Source of the DNA: Candidatus Obscuribacteraceae bacterium
GTDB taxonomy: Bacteria; Cyanobacteriota; Vampirovibrionia; Obscuribacterales; Obscuribacteraceae
Direction: 5' to 3'
DNA length: 64,000 nucleotides
NCBI GenBank assembly: GCA_044226015.1
Contig: JBGAHS010000006.1
Location: 64,001-128,000 of the forward strand
Shown here: piece after piece, positions 57,062-64,000 of the stretch
Numbering within the stretch: position 1 is the first letter of the stretch
Layout: each line of letters begins with the position of its first letter
Position numbers and translations under genes: made by a program
The notes under the pieces: model-generated
The model's database searches: none
The model's input: only the letters and a program-made list of their open reading frames with translations
Told to the model about the DNA's origin: nothing

Positions 57062-57968
57062 TTAGTTTGTTAATCAACACCGCAACAAATGTTGCAATAC
57101 TCACGAACCCGTTCGTGTTGAAAAAAGCCGCGTTTATCTTTGACAGATCATCGGGTTTAACTAACGAGTGCTCGTACTTCAACATGATCATGACCATGCC
57201 AGCACCCAGCCAATACGCTGGGCCCAGCGACATCTGCACACCGAGAAGCACTAGCATTGCTGCAGTCAATAGATGCAGTCCCGAAGAGATCATAAGAGCG
57301 TTGGGTATGCCAAAGCGCGCTGGAATACTATGCAGTCGTTTCTCTAGATCAAACTCGACGTCTTGAAGAGCGTAGATGATGTCGAAACCGGCAACCCACG
57401 AGCTGACTGCTACTGCCAGGAGCCATGGAGAAGCTGTGACAAGTGAGCCACCTGCGGCTACCCATCCACCGAGTGCTGCGCCACCAAGTGCAATACCAAG
57501 CACGATGTGGCAGAGCCAGGTAAATCGCTTGGTAAAGGAGTAGAAACTCAGCCAAACAACTGCGATGGGGGAGAGCTGAAGGCATATGGAAGGTAGCTGC
57601 ATGGCTGCCACGATCATGAGTCCAAATGATAAGACTGCGAAAATCAGCGCCTGCACCGGTCCTATCTTTCCGGCTGGAATTGCCCTTGTGTTTGTCCTCG
57701 GGTTCGCCGCATCGATGGAGGCATCGATCAATCGATTGAGAGTCATCGCAGCTGCTCTCGCTCCAGCAAAAGCAAGTACAGTCCACAACCAGACTGCTGG
57801 AGCGGGAAGCGATGAACTTCCGAGAATCAAGCCAGTAAGCGCAAAAGGTAACGCGAAGACTGTGTGCTCAACCTTGATCATTTCAGCCCATTCTCGAATT
57901 TTCGAGACAGAGCTGCTTTGCGCTTGTTGCGGAACTTTTAGTTGAGTATTGGTCGTTTCGTCAGTCAT
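57054..57968 (-). CDS. UbiA-family prenyltransferase, MqnP-like
   Basis: EMIKVEHTVFALPFA, GARAAAMTLNRLIDASIDAANPRT..RAIPAG, YSFTKRFTWLCH, WVAGFDIIYALQD, AFFNTNG. Confidence 0.92.
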   Translation of the reverse strand: MTDETTNTQLKVPQQAQSSSVSKIREWAEMIKVEHTVFALPFALTGLILGSSSLPAPAVWLWTVLAFAGARAAAMTLNRLIDASIDAANPRTNTRAIPAGKIGPVQALIFAVLSFGLMIVAAMQLPSICLQLSPIAVVWLSFYSFTKRFTWLCHIVLGIALGGAALGGWVAAGGSLVTASPWLLAVAVSSWVAGFDIIYALQDVEFDLEKRLHSIPARFGIPNALMISSGLHLLTAAMLVLLGVQMSLGPAYWLGAGMVMIMLKYEHSLVKPDDLSKINAAFFNTNGFVSIATFVAVLINKLIS

Positions 57969-58147
57969 TAGCCGTCCCCAGGCTAGTTGAAGCAGTTCTA
58001 GAGAATGCCTCAAATCGGCAATCTTTTCAATTCAAGTTTACTAAGGCTAAGTATCCTGCTGTCTAAATGCGGCTAAAAATAGATGACAAGCGGGCGCGGC
58101 TTAGCTGCCGCCACTTGCATCTTACGCTCAGTCCTGTCAAGATAACC

Positions 58148-58720
58148 ATGAAATCTTCTAAGCTTGAGGTTCTTAATAAGCTCATGAGTGGCAATGACAA
58201 GTTTAACTTTGGCGCAGATGCCAGCGCTGGACAGACGATCGATTTACAAGGTGTGGCTTCATTTGCAAGTCTGGTTGAAACACTGGCTCAAGAGCTGGGA
58301 ACAACAGCTGGCAAAATTCAAGGTCTTCTTCCGAATGGTCCCTCAAGTTTTGAGCAATTGGTCGGTGAAATTCAGGTCAATTCGCAAGGTTTCGTGAGAA
58401 CGGTTCAACTCTTCACCGCTACAAATCAGCCTCTTAAGTTGAGGGTTGCGAGCGTATGGAGAGATGGACTTGTATCTGAGAAAACCGGCAACACGGGTGT
58501 CGAGTCGCAGATGATTTTAGGTGCAAGCGCTGACAAAATTGCTCCACAAGCGAGAGCACTCGCTCGCCATTTAGAAGAGCTTTTCTCTGTGCTCGATAGA
58601 CTTGCAACCCTTGGGCAATCCCGCATTGGTTCAATGTCCATCTCGGAAGCAGAACTAGCAAGATTTGAGTATCAGGAAGGCGAGATGCTGAGCTCTCCAA
58701 AGCCGCGTCCGTCTGTCTAA
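58148..58720 (+). CDS. Hypothetical protein
   Basis: ORF fills the gap between ubiA-like and M4 protease genes; start uncertain (58067 or 58148). Confidence 0.65.
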   Translation: MKSSKLEVLNKLMSGNDKFNFGADASAGQTIDLQGVASFASLVETLAQELGTTAGKIQGLLPNGPSSFEQLVGEIQVNSQGFVRTVQLFTATNQPLKLRVASVWRDGLVSEKTGNTGVESQMILGASADKIAPQARALARHLEELFSVLDRLATLGQSRIGSMSISEAELARFEYQEGEMLSSPKPRPSV

Positions 58721-58837
58721 ATTACAATAGCCAACGCAAATTTTTTCAACCGCGATTGCGCGTGATTGAGAGTGAATGAGAGTGGAATCGATGGAATTCC
58801 ATTGGCTGCTATCAATCGATGAATTGGAAGATAGCGA

Positions 58838-60106
58838 TTAATACACTTCGATTGGATTCGAAGAATCACCATTCAGTCGTTTTGGGGTGTCTGTATCTGC
58901 AGCAGTAGCAGAGGGTTTTACGCCGACCTCTTGCCACGCCTTTCGCAGTGCATCCAGATCATTCTCGTATCCCAACGATTTGGCTGCAGCAAGAGTCTTG
59001 TCCGCAAACTGAGCAAATGATGGTGTTCTACCAGCTAAAGTACGTGCCTTGTACCAGATTTGTCCGGGTTCTTTCCATGCATTGCCGCCAACGCTTTTTG
59101 CAAAAGTGACAAAGGCTCTATTAGGAATGCCTGAGTTATAGTGGACTCCACCGTTGTCTGCACGCGTCTTTATGTAATCCTTCATATGTGCAGGCTGAGG
59201 ATCCTTTCCAATTTTTGGGTCATCATATGCGGTGCCAGGGTTTAGCATATCCCGCAGAGCGCGTCCTTTGATGCTGTCCTTCCAAATGCCTTCTCCGGAT
59301 AGCCAGCTAGCTTTGTCAGCCGTTTGATTTTTTGAGTATTGAACAATCAGCGCTCCAAATACATCCGAAAGACTTTCGTTTAACGCACCTGATTGTCCGT
59401 AATATTCGAGATCTGTGTCTCTTTGTGTAACGCCGTGAGTTACTTCATGCCCTGCTATATCGAGAAGCACAAAGGTCTTGAAGGGGCTAGATGAGCCTGG
59501 TCGCCCATAAGTGCATTGGGCGCCATCCCAAAATGCGTTGCTGAAATCGTTTCCGAAATTGACTGTGGAGATCAACTTCATTCCTTTGCCATCGATTGAA
59601 TTGCGGTCAAAAACGTTTTTATAGAATTTCCGTATTTGAAGCGAATAATCGTAGCAGGCGTTCACTTCTTTGTCGGCTGCAGGTTTGTCTCCTTCAAAAC
59701 GAGCTTTTTCTCCAGGTCTTGATTCCCCACCCTGTGCATCATAGATTTCGACTTTGGCTCCGCCCGCTGCACCGATCGCAAATGGCGCAAAGCCAAGTTT
59801 TTCGATTTGCTGCATTTCTTGAATAGTGGAGATTATGTCTACGTCATTGTGGCTCCTGATTCGAATCTCGCTCATCAAATATGGTGGAACCACCGGGTCT
59901 ATATAATCGTGTAATTCCGAGCTGGGTGTAACTGCCATCGGTCGAACAATTCTGACTGTCTGAAAGGTATGTGTAGTGCAAGCGAGAGCGGGCTTGCACT
60001 GCTGTACAGACGGCTTAGTTTGCGGAACTAATACAAATAGAATTTGATGAAAGACAAGACCGAGAGCGAATGCAATAAGAGCGCCAGGAAGAGTTAGACC
60101 TGTCAT
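58838..60106 (-). CDS. M4-family zinc metalloprotease, protealysin-like
   Basis: VVPPYL propeptide motif, NAFWDG, HEVTH, GALNESLSDVFG, DNGGVHYNSGIPN. N-terminal hydrophobic helix. Alternative start 60148. Confidence 0.93.
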   Translation of the reverse strand: MTGLTLPGALIAFALGLVFHQILFVLVPQTKPSVQQCKPALACTTHTFQTVRIVRPMAVTPSSELHDYIDPVVPPYLMSEIRIRSHNDVDIISTIQEMQQIEKLGFAPFAIGAAGGAKVEIYDAQGGESRPGEKARFEGDKPAADKEVNACYDYSLQIRKFYKNVFDRNSIDGKGMKLISTVNFGNDFSNAFWDGAQCTYGRPGSSSPFKTFVLLDIAGHEVTHGVTQRDTDLEYYGQSGALNESLSDVFGALIVQYSKNQTADKASWLSGEGIWKDSIKGRALRDMLNPGTAYDDPKIGKDPQPAHMKDYIKTRADNGGVHYNSGIPNRAFVTFAKSVGGNAWKEPGQIWYKARTLAGRTPSFAQFADKTLAAAKSLGYENDLDALRKAWQEVGVKPSATAADTDTPKRLNGDSSNPIEVY

Positions 60107-60241
60107 ATTGTTGAATCCCAGAAAATTGCTTTTCCCAGCATAACACAAACGAATGACAACTAGCCTCCGTCCGCTGAAATCTAATCAAGCTATGGCATTA
60201 CAAGGGTTTTTAGCACATTAAAAGGCTTGAGCCGAAGTCCA

Positions 60242-60958
60242 TTACCTTTGTGCAATTAGTAAGTCATAGAGAGCCTGGCTAGCCGGCTCCTGAGCATGAT
60301 TGTCCACGAGGTATCGGTTCAAACCCGCAGCTACTGAAGAATTTAGTTGAGAGCATACATACTGACCTACCCATACGGCGAGGCTGGCATAAGATTTGAG
60401 CTGACAATTGAACCCATATCCTTGCAGAATATCTATTACCCAGTCCGAGTCAGGCAGAGACCACTCAACATGTTCTTTTAGCAATTGATTGCCCGTTGCT
60501 CTGTAGGCTAATTCTTGTGCGGCAAGAGTGCCGGCGGAGGGATAATTTAATACCAGGAATTTCTCGCAAGACTTATTTAATTCCTCAAGGAATCTTTCTC
60601 GTTTTTGAGGTTCGATATGTTCGAGAACGTCAACTGCAGCTAGAAGTTCAAAGTTCATGCTTTTTAAATCTGCGTCAAAAAAACTGGCACCAGTTGTTGC
60701 TGGATCGACCAGATAGATATCATATTCGGGCAAGAAAAGAGCCAGTGCTCCATCATAACCTCCCACGTCCAAAATCTTTGAAGGTGGAGATACAAGCGAG
60801 CGAATTGCACATGCACAAGCCTCCAATCGTACGTAACGATCCCAGCTTAAGTTCTTACGTTGCTCAACATCTTCAACGAAAATTCGTGAAAGATGAGAAT
60901 CAACAATTGGTCTGAGAGCGACTCCTGAAATCATGTTAATAGGCAGACTGGGAGCCAT
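60242..60958 (-). CDS. Class I SAM-dependent methyltransferase
   Basis: KILDVGGYDG, FELLAAVDVLEHI. Confidence 0.85.
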   Translation of the reverse strand: MAPSLPINMISGVALRPIVDSHLSRIFVEDVEQRKNLSWDRYVRLEACACAIRSLVSPPSKILDVGGYDGALALFLPEYDIYLVDPATTGASFFDADLKSMNFELLAAVDVLEHIEPQKRERFLEELNKSCEKFLVLNYPSAGTLAAQELAYRATGNQLLKEHVEWSLPDSDWVIDILQGYGFNCQLKSYASLAVWVGQYVCSQLNSSVAAGLNRYLVDNHAQEPASQALYDLLIAQR

Positions 60959-60961
60959 GTC

Positions 60962-62356
60962 TCACCACCAGTTGTCTTTCTCTTTTGGTGCTGGCGAGCA
61001 AGTCTTAACAGAAAGGAGCAGCCCGATCGCGACCAGGTCAATAATAAGTGCCGTTCCTCCATAACTCAAGAACGGCAATGGAACGCCTGCTACGGGCATG
61101 ATGCCCATCGTCATTCCGATGTTCAAGAAGGCGTGGAAGAGGAACATGCACATAATGCCAATTGCCATAAGGCTGCCCACAGGCTCTTCTCGACTCTGGA
61201 ACGCAATAAAAATGGCGCGAATGCAAATCATAAAATAACTGCAGATTACCAGCAAACACGTTTTGAATCCTTGCTCTTCACCTACAACTGCAAAGATGAA
61301 GTCGGTATGTTTTTCTGGGATGAAGTTTCCGCGAGTTTGGTTACCATTTCCGTGACCTGCTCCGCTGATGCCACCAGAGCCGATGGCAATCAAACTTTGT
61401 AAGATGTGATAACCAGAACCTCGGGGGTCCGAATATGGATTTACGAAGCTAGTAAGGCGCTTCTGCTGATATGGTTTCAATACATTCCACAACTTGGGGC
61501 GAGCTTCGGCTGCAACAAAATTCACAGCGACAATGCAGATGATCAAGAACAGGCGCACGAATACATTCATGTTTCTGACCCGCCAGAAGCATGTTAAAAA
61601 TACTCCCAAGAAAATGATGAAGCCGATCCAGATATAGTTTTCATATCCAGTTGGGGCCACGTTAGCGAGGTCTGTCCCCATGGGAACGCCGCGATAAATC
61701 CATGCTAGAAGCGGTTTGTCCACGGCGTTCAATATAAGTGTGATGATAGGACTTGCAAGCACCAGCAAGTCACCGAAGGAGGCACCAGCCCAAAATGTCA
61801 TTCCGAGAAACATTGCACCAAACACGAGAGACGTGCCCAGGTCTGGTTGTTTGAAAACAAGAAATGCGGGCACTGCCAGGATTGCGATGCAAAGGAAATT
61901 ATCAAAAAAGCCCTTGATTGGTCGCCAGGCAAGCCACGCAGACAAGGTGAAAATTATGACGAGCTTCGCAATTTCTGATGGTTGAAGTTTGATAGGACCT
62001 AACGATAGCCATCGTTGCGCGCCCAATGCCGAATGTCCAGCCACCATGACCGCTACGAGCAGTCCTATGTTGACGATGTACAGAATAGGCAGGACCCATT
62101 TGTTGGTCCAAGTCTTGTAAGGAATAATCCAAAAGCCGACAGCGGCAATGGCTCCTGCAATGAGGAAGTCCAATTGCCGCTCGTAATATTCTGAGTTTGG
62201 CGAAACGCCTGCTCCAGTGTTGGTCAGCGTGTTCAACCCCGTCCACAAAAGGAACGCGGTTGCCCCAAGCAGCAGCCAATCTACACTACCCAATAGTGAA
62301 ATCAGGCTTCGTAGCAAGGCCGATATGTTATCTGATTGGCGACCTTCTGAAAACAA
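60962..62356 (-). CDS. rodA: Rod shape-determining SEDS protein RodA
   Basis: GAQRWL.LGPIKLQPSEIAK, QPDLGT, LKPYQ.KRL, GYHILQSLIAIGSGG, IPEKHTDFIF, GVPLPFLSYGG. Confidence 0.92.
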   Translation of the reverse strand: MFSEGRQSDNISALLRSLISLLGSVDWLLLGATAFLLWTGLNTLTNTGAGVSPNSEYYERQLDFLIAGAIAAVGFWIIPYKTWTNKWVLPILYIVNIGLLVAVMVAGHSALGAQRWLSLGPIKLQPSEIAKLVIIFTLSAWLAWRPIKGFFDNFLCIAILAVPAFLVFKQPDLGTSLVFGAMFLGMTFWAGASFGDLLVLASPIITLILNAVDKPLLAWIYRGVPMGTDLANVAPTGYENYIWIGFIIFLGVFLTCFWRVRNMNVFVRLFLIICIVAVNFVAAEARPKLWNVLKPYQQKRLTSFVNPYSDPRGSGYHILQSLIAIGSGGISGAGHGNGNQTRGNFIPEKHTDFIFAVVGEEQGFKTCLLVICSYFMICIRAIFIAFQSREEPVGSLMAIGIMCMFLFHAFLNIGMTMGIMPVAGVPLPFLSYGGTALIIDLVAIGLLLSVKTCSPAPKEKDNWW

Positions 62357-62375
62357 CTGTGACCCGAATGTCAGA

Positions 62376-62633
62376 TTAGGACTTTGACCTCAATAGCGGA
62401 AAGTTAGCAACTAATGCCGCTTTTCTCTCATATTGTTGCAGATCGAAGTGGGTTGTGTCGCGGTCGATTTCGAAATAGCGACAAACAACTGTAATAAGCT
62501 CCTCTTCGAGGCTTGCCAAGCGATCAACTGGCAATTCAAGACGGTCATGAATCAGCATTTGCTTCATTCTGTCTTTTGCCGTGGTCCTGGCGCCGTCCGC
62601 GCTTTTGCGGAAAAACCAATTAATAAATTGCAC
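62376..62633 (-). CDS. minE: Cell division topological specificity factor
   Basis: AKDRMKQMLIHDR, EELITVVCRYFEID, ALVANFP; GGAGG RBS; downstream of minD. Confidence 0.93.
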   Translation of the reverse strand: MQFINWFFRKSADGARTTAKDRMKQMLIHDRLELPVDRLASLEEELITVVCRYFEIDRDTTHFDLQQYERKAALVANFPLLRSKS

Positions 62634-62648
62634 GATTAATTCCTCCGC

Positions 62649-63470
62649 TTAAACTCGCACTGTACTAGGCTTAAAGAAGTTGATTACCATAGTGAACCAG
62701 GTTTGGTTCTGCGAGTCTAAATTCAAGAACGGCACTTCTTCACCTTGCAAACGCTTGGCGATATTTCGATATGCCTGACCAGCTTTAAAGTTTTCAGAGG
62801 AACCTGATAAAGGCTCACCCTTGTTGGTTGAAACGATTACATCATCATCTTCTGGCACCACGCCGAGAAGTTTGCATGAAAGAATTTCAAGAACGTCATC
62901 GACACTCATCATGTCGTTGCTTTTAACCATGTGCGGTCTGATGCGATTGATGATGAGTCTGTACTGACTAATTTCATCTTTTCTAGCTTCAAGAAGACCA
63001 ATAACGCGGTCGGCATCTCTAACTGCCGACATTTCTGGAGTACAAATTACGATGGCTTCTTCAGCGCCAGCAATGGCGTTTTGAAACCCGCTTTCTATAC
63101 CAGCAGGGCTGTCGATGATTACGTAATCGAACATGCCTTTTAGTTCTGTCGTGAGAGCCTTCATTTGCTCAGCATTGATAGCTGTTTTGTCTCTTGTTTG
63201 CGCAGCAGGCAGCAGGCAGAGATTTGGAAGACGCTTATCTTTCACGAGAGCCTGTCGAAGTTTGCATTTCTCTTCAACGACGTCGATCAAATTGTAGACA
63301 ACACGATTTTCCAAGCCCATCAAAATGTCCAGATTGCGCAAGCCGATGTCCATATCGACAAGCACAACAGATGGACCGCTTGCAGCAAGCGCAAGTCCAA
63401 TGTTTGCTGAAGCGGTTGTTTTACCGACTCCACCTTTTCCTGATGTAACCACGATCACTCTGCCACTCAT
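62649..63470 (-). CDS. minD: Septum site-determining ATPase
   Basis: TSGKGGVGKTT, DIGLRNLD..MGLENRVVY, DSPAGIE.GF, RDADRVIGLL. Confidence 0.98.
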   Translation of the reverse strand: MSGRVIVVTSGKGGVGKTTASANIGLALAASGPSVVLVDMDIGLRNLDILMGLENRVVYNLIDVVEEKCKLRQALVKDKRLPNLCLLPAAQTRDKTAINAEQMKALTTELKGMFDYVIIDSPAGIESGFQNAIAGAEEAIVICTPEMSAVRDADRVIGLLEARKDEISQYRLIINRIRPHMVKSNDMMSVDDVLEILSCKLLGVVPEDDDVIVSTNKGEPLSGSSENFKAGQAYRNIAKRLQGEEVPFLNLDSQNQTWFTMVINFFKPSTVRV

Positions 63471-63517
63471 TATTTGTTCCTCAATGTGGAGAATCTTAGT
63501 GAACTATTTGTCCAGAA

Positions 63518-64000
63518 CTAGTCCGGCTCGTTAATAGAGATGCGAATCTTACCTTCTACAACTCTTGCCGTTTCTGGACCACCAGATACGGTGCTGGCAC
63601 CTTTGTGCCGGTCGGGTGACCGTGCTATTGCAGATGCTATCCGCAATTGAATTGGGTCAAATTTTAAAGCTCTAATTTCTGCGTTGGTATTTCCACCGGC
63701 ACCTGCATGAGCCATTCCTCTCAATGCGCCCCAGACTGTGATATCTCCGTCTGCCACAAGTTCTGCACCTGGGTTAACGTCTCCAATGATAACGAGATGA
63801 CCTCTGTGGCATACACGCTGACCAGAGCGAAGTGTCTGCTTCATCATCAAGACCGCGGGCGTGGTGTTGGTCTTCGCTGTCGAATTGGAAATTACTGGAG
63901 CTTTCGCAGCAACTGGCGCATTGTATGGCGCTGGCGCAGCTGGTAGGTCTCCGACGAATTTTGGAGCAGAGGCATCCACAGAACCGCTTCTGGCTGCTAA
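63518..64000 (-). CDS. minC: Septum site-determining protein MinC (C-terminal part; 5' truncated by the window edge)
   Basis: TLRSGQRV...GHLVIIGDVNPGAELVADGDITVWGALRGMAHAG; the frame stays open to base 64000. Confidence 0.93.
   Translation of the reverse strand, partial: LAARSGSVDASAPKFVGDLPAAPAPYNAPVAAKAPVISNSTAKTNTTPAVLMMKQTLRSGQRVCHRGHLVIIGDVNPGAELVADGDITVWGALRGMAHAGAGGNTNAEIRALKFDPIQLRIASAIARSPDRHKGASTVSGGPETARVVEGKIRISINEPD

Noticed and set aside
1..64000. tRNA/rRNA genes, transposases, integrases, prophage genes, cyanobacterial HIP1 (GCGATCGC) enrichment
   Set aside because: None were recognised on reading. This was not an exhaustive computational scan.

Overview
Gene-dense bacterial chromosomal window. 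It most likely comes from a non-photosynthetic cyanobacterial relative (Melainabacteria/Vampirovibrionia, Obscuribacterales-like). This is an inference from the cyanobacterial-type stand-alone ndhB/nuoN, lptC-lptA-lptB with a single lptF/G, minCDE, an MqnP-like prenyltransferase, many TPR proteins and no photosynthesis genes. From about 17 to 64 kb the window is mostly housekeeping and envelope genes: yfhO-like, nuoN, carA, lpt operon, aroK/aroQ, a sigma-70, corA, kdsD, a Ser/Thr kinase, an M4 protease, rodA and minCDE. From 1 to 16 kb is an accessory surface/effector cluster: the 3' end of a giant Gly-rich repeat protein with a globular C-terminal domain, a TIKI/EreA/ChaN/RRSP-fold protein, an orphan VirB10/TrbI-like protein, a thioredoxin + YD-repeat + papain-like protease protein, a secreted Zn-knuckle protein and an EF-hand protein with a duplicated domain. 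The main observation is that three unrelated toxin/effector-like proteins (starts 7529+, 10583+, 35178-) lack Sec signal peptides but share a polar N-terminal leader with an LPxLx[I/F] motif beginning at exactly residue 53. This suggests an undescribed N-terminal export/targeting signal. I recognised no rRNA, tRNA, CRISPR array or mobile element. All family assignments come from motif recognition by eye, not from database searches.
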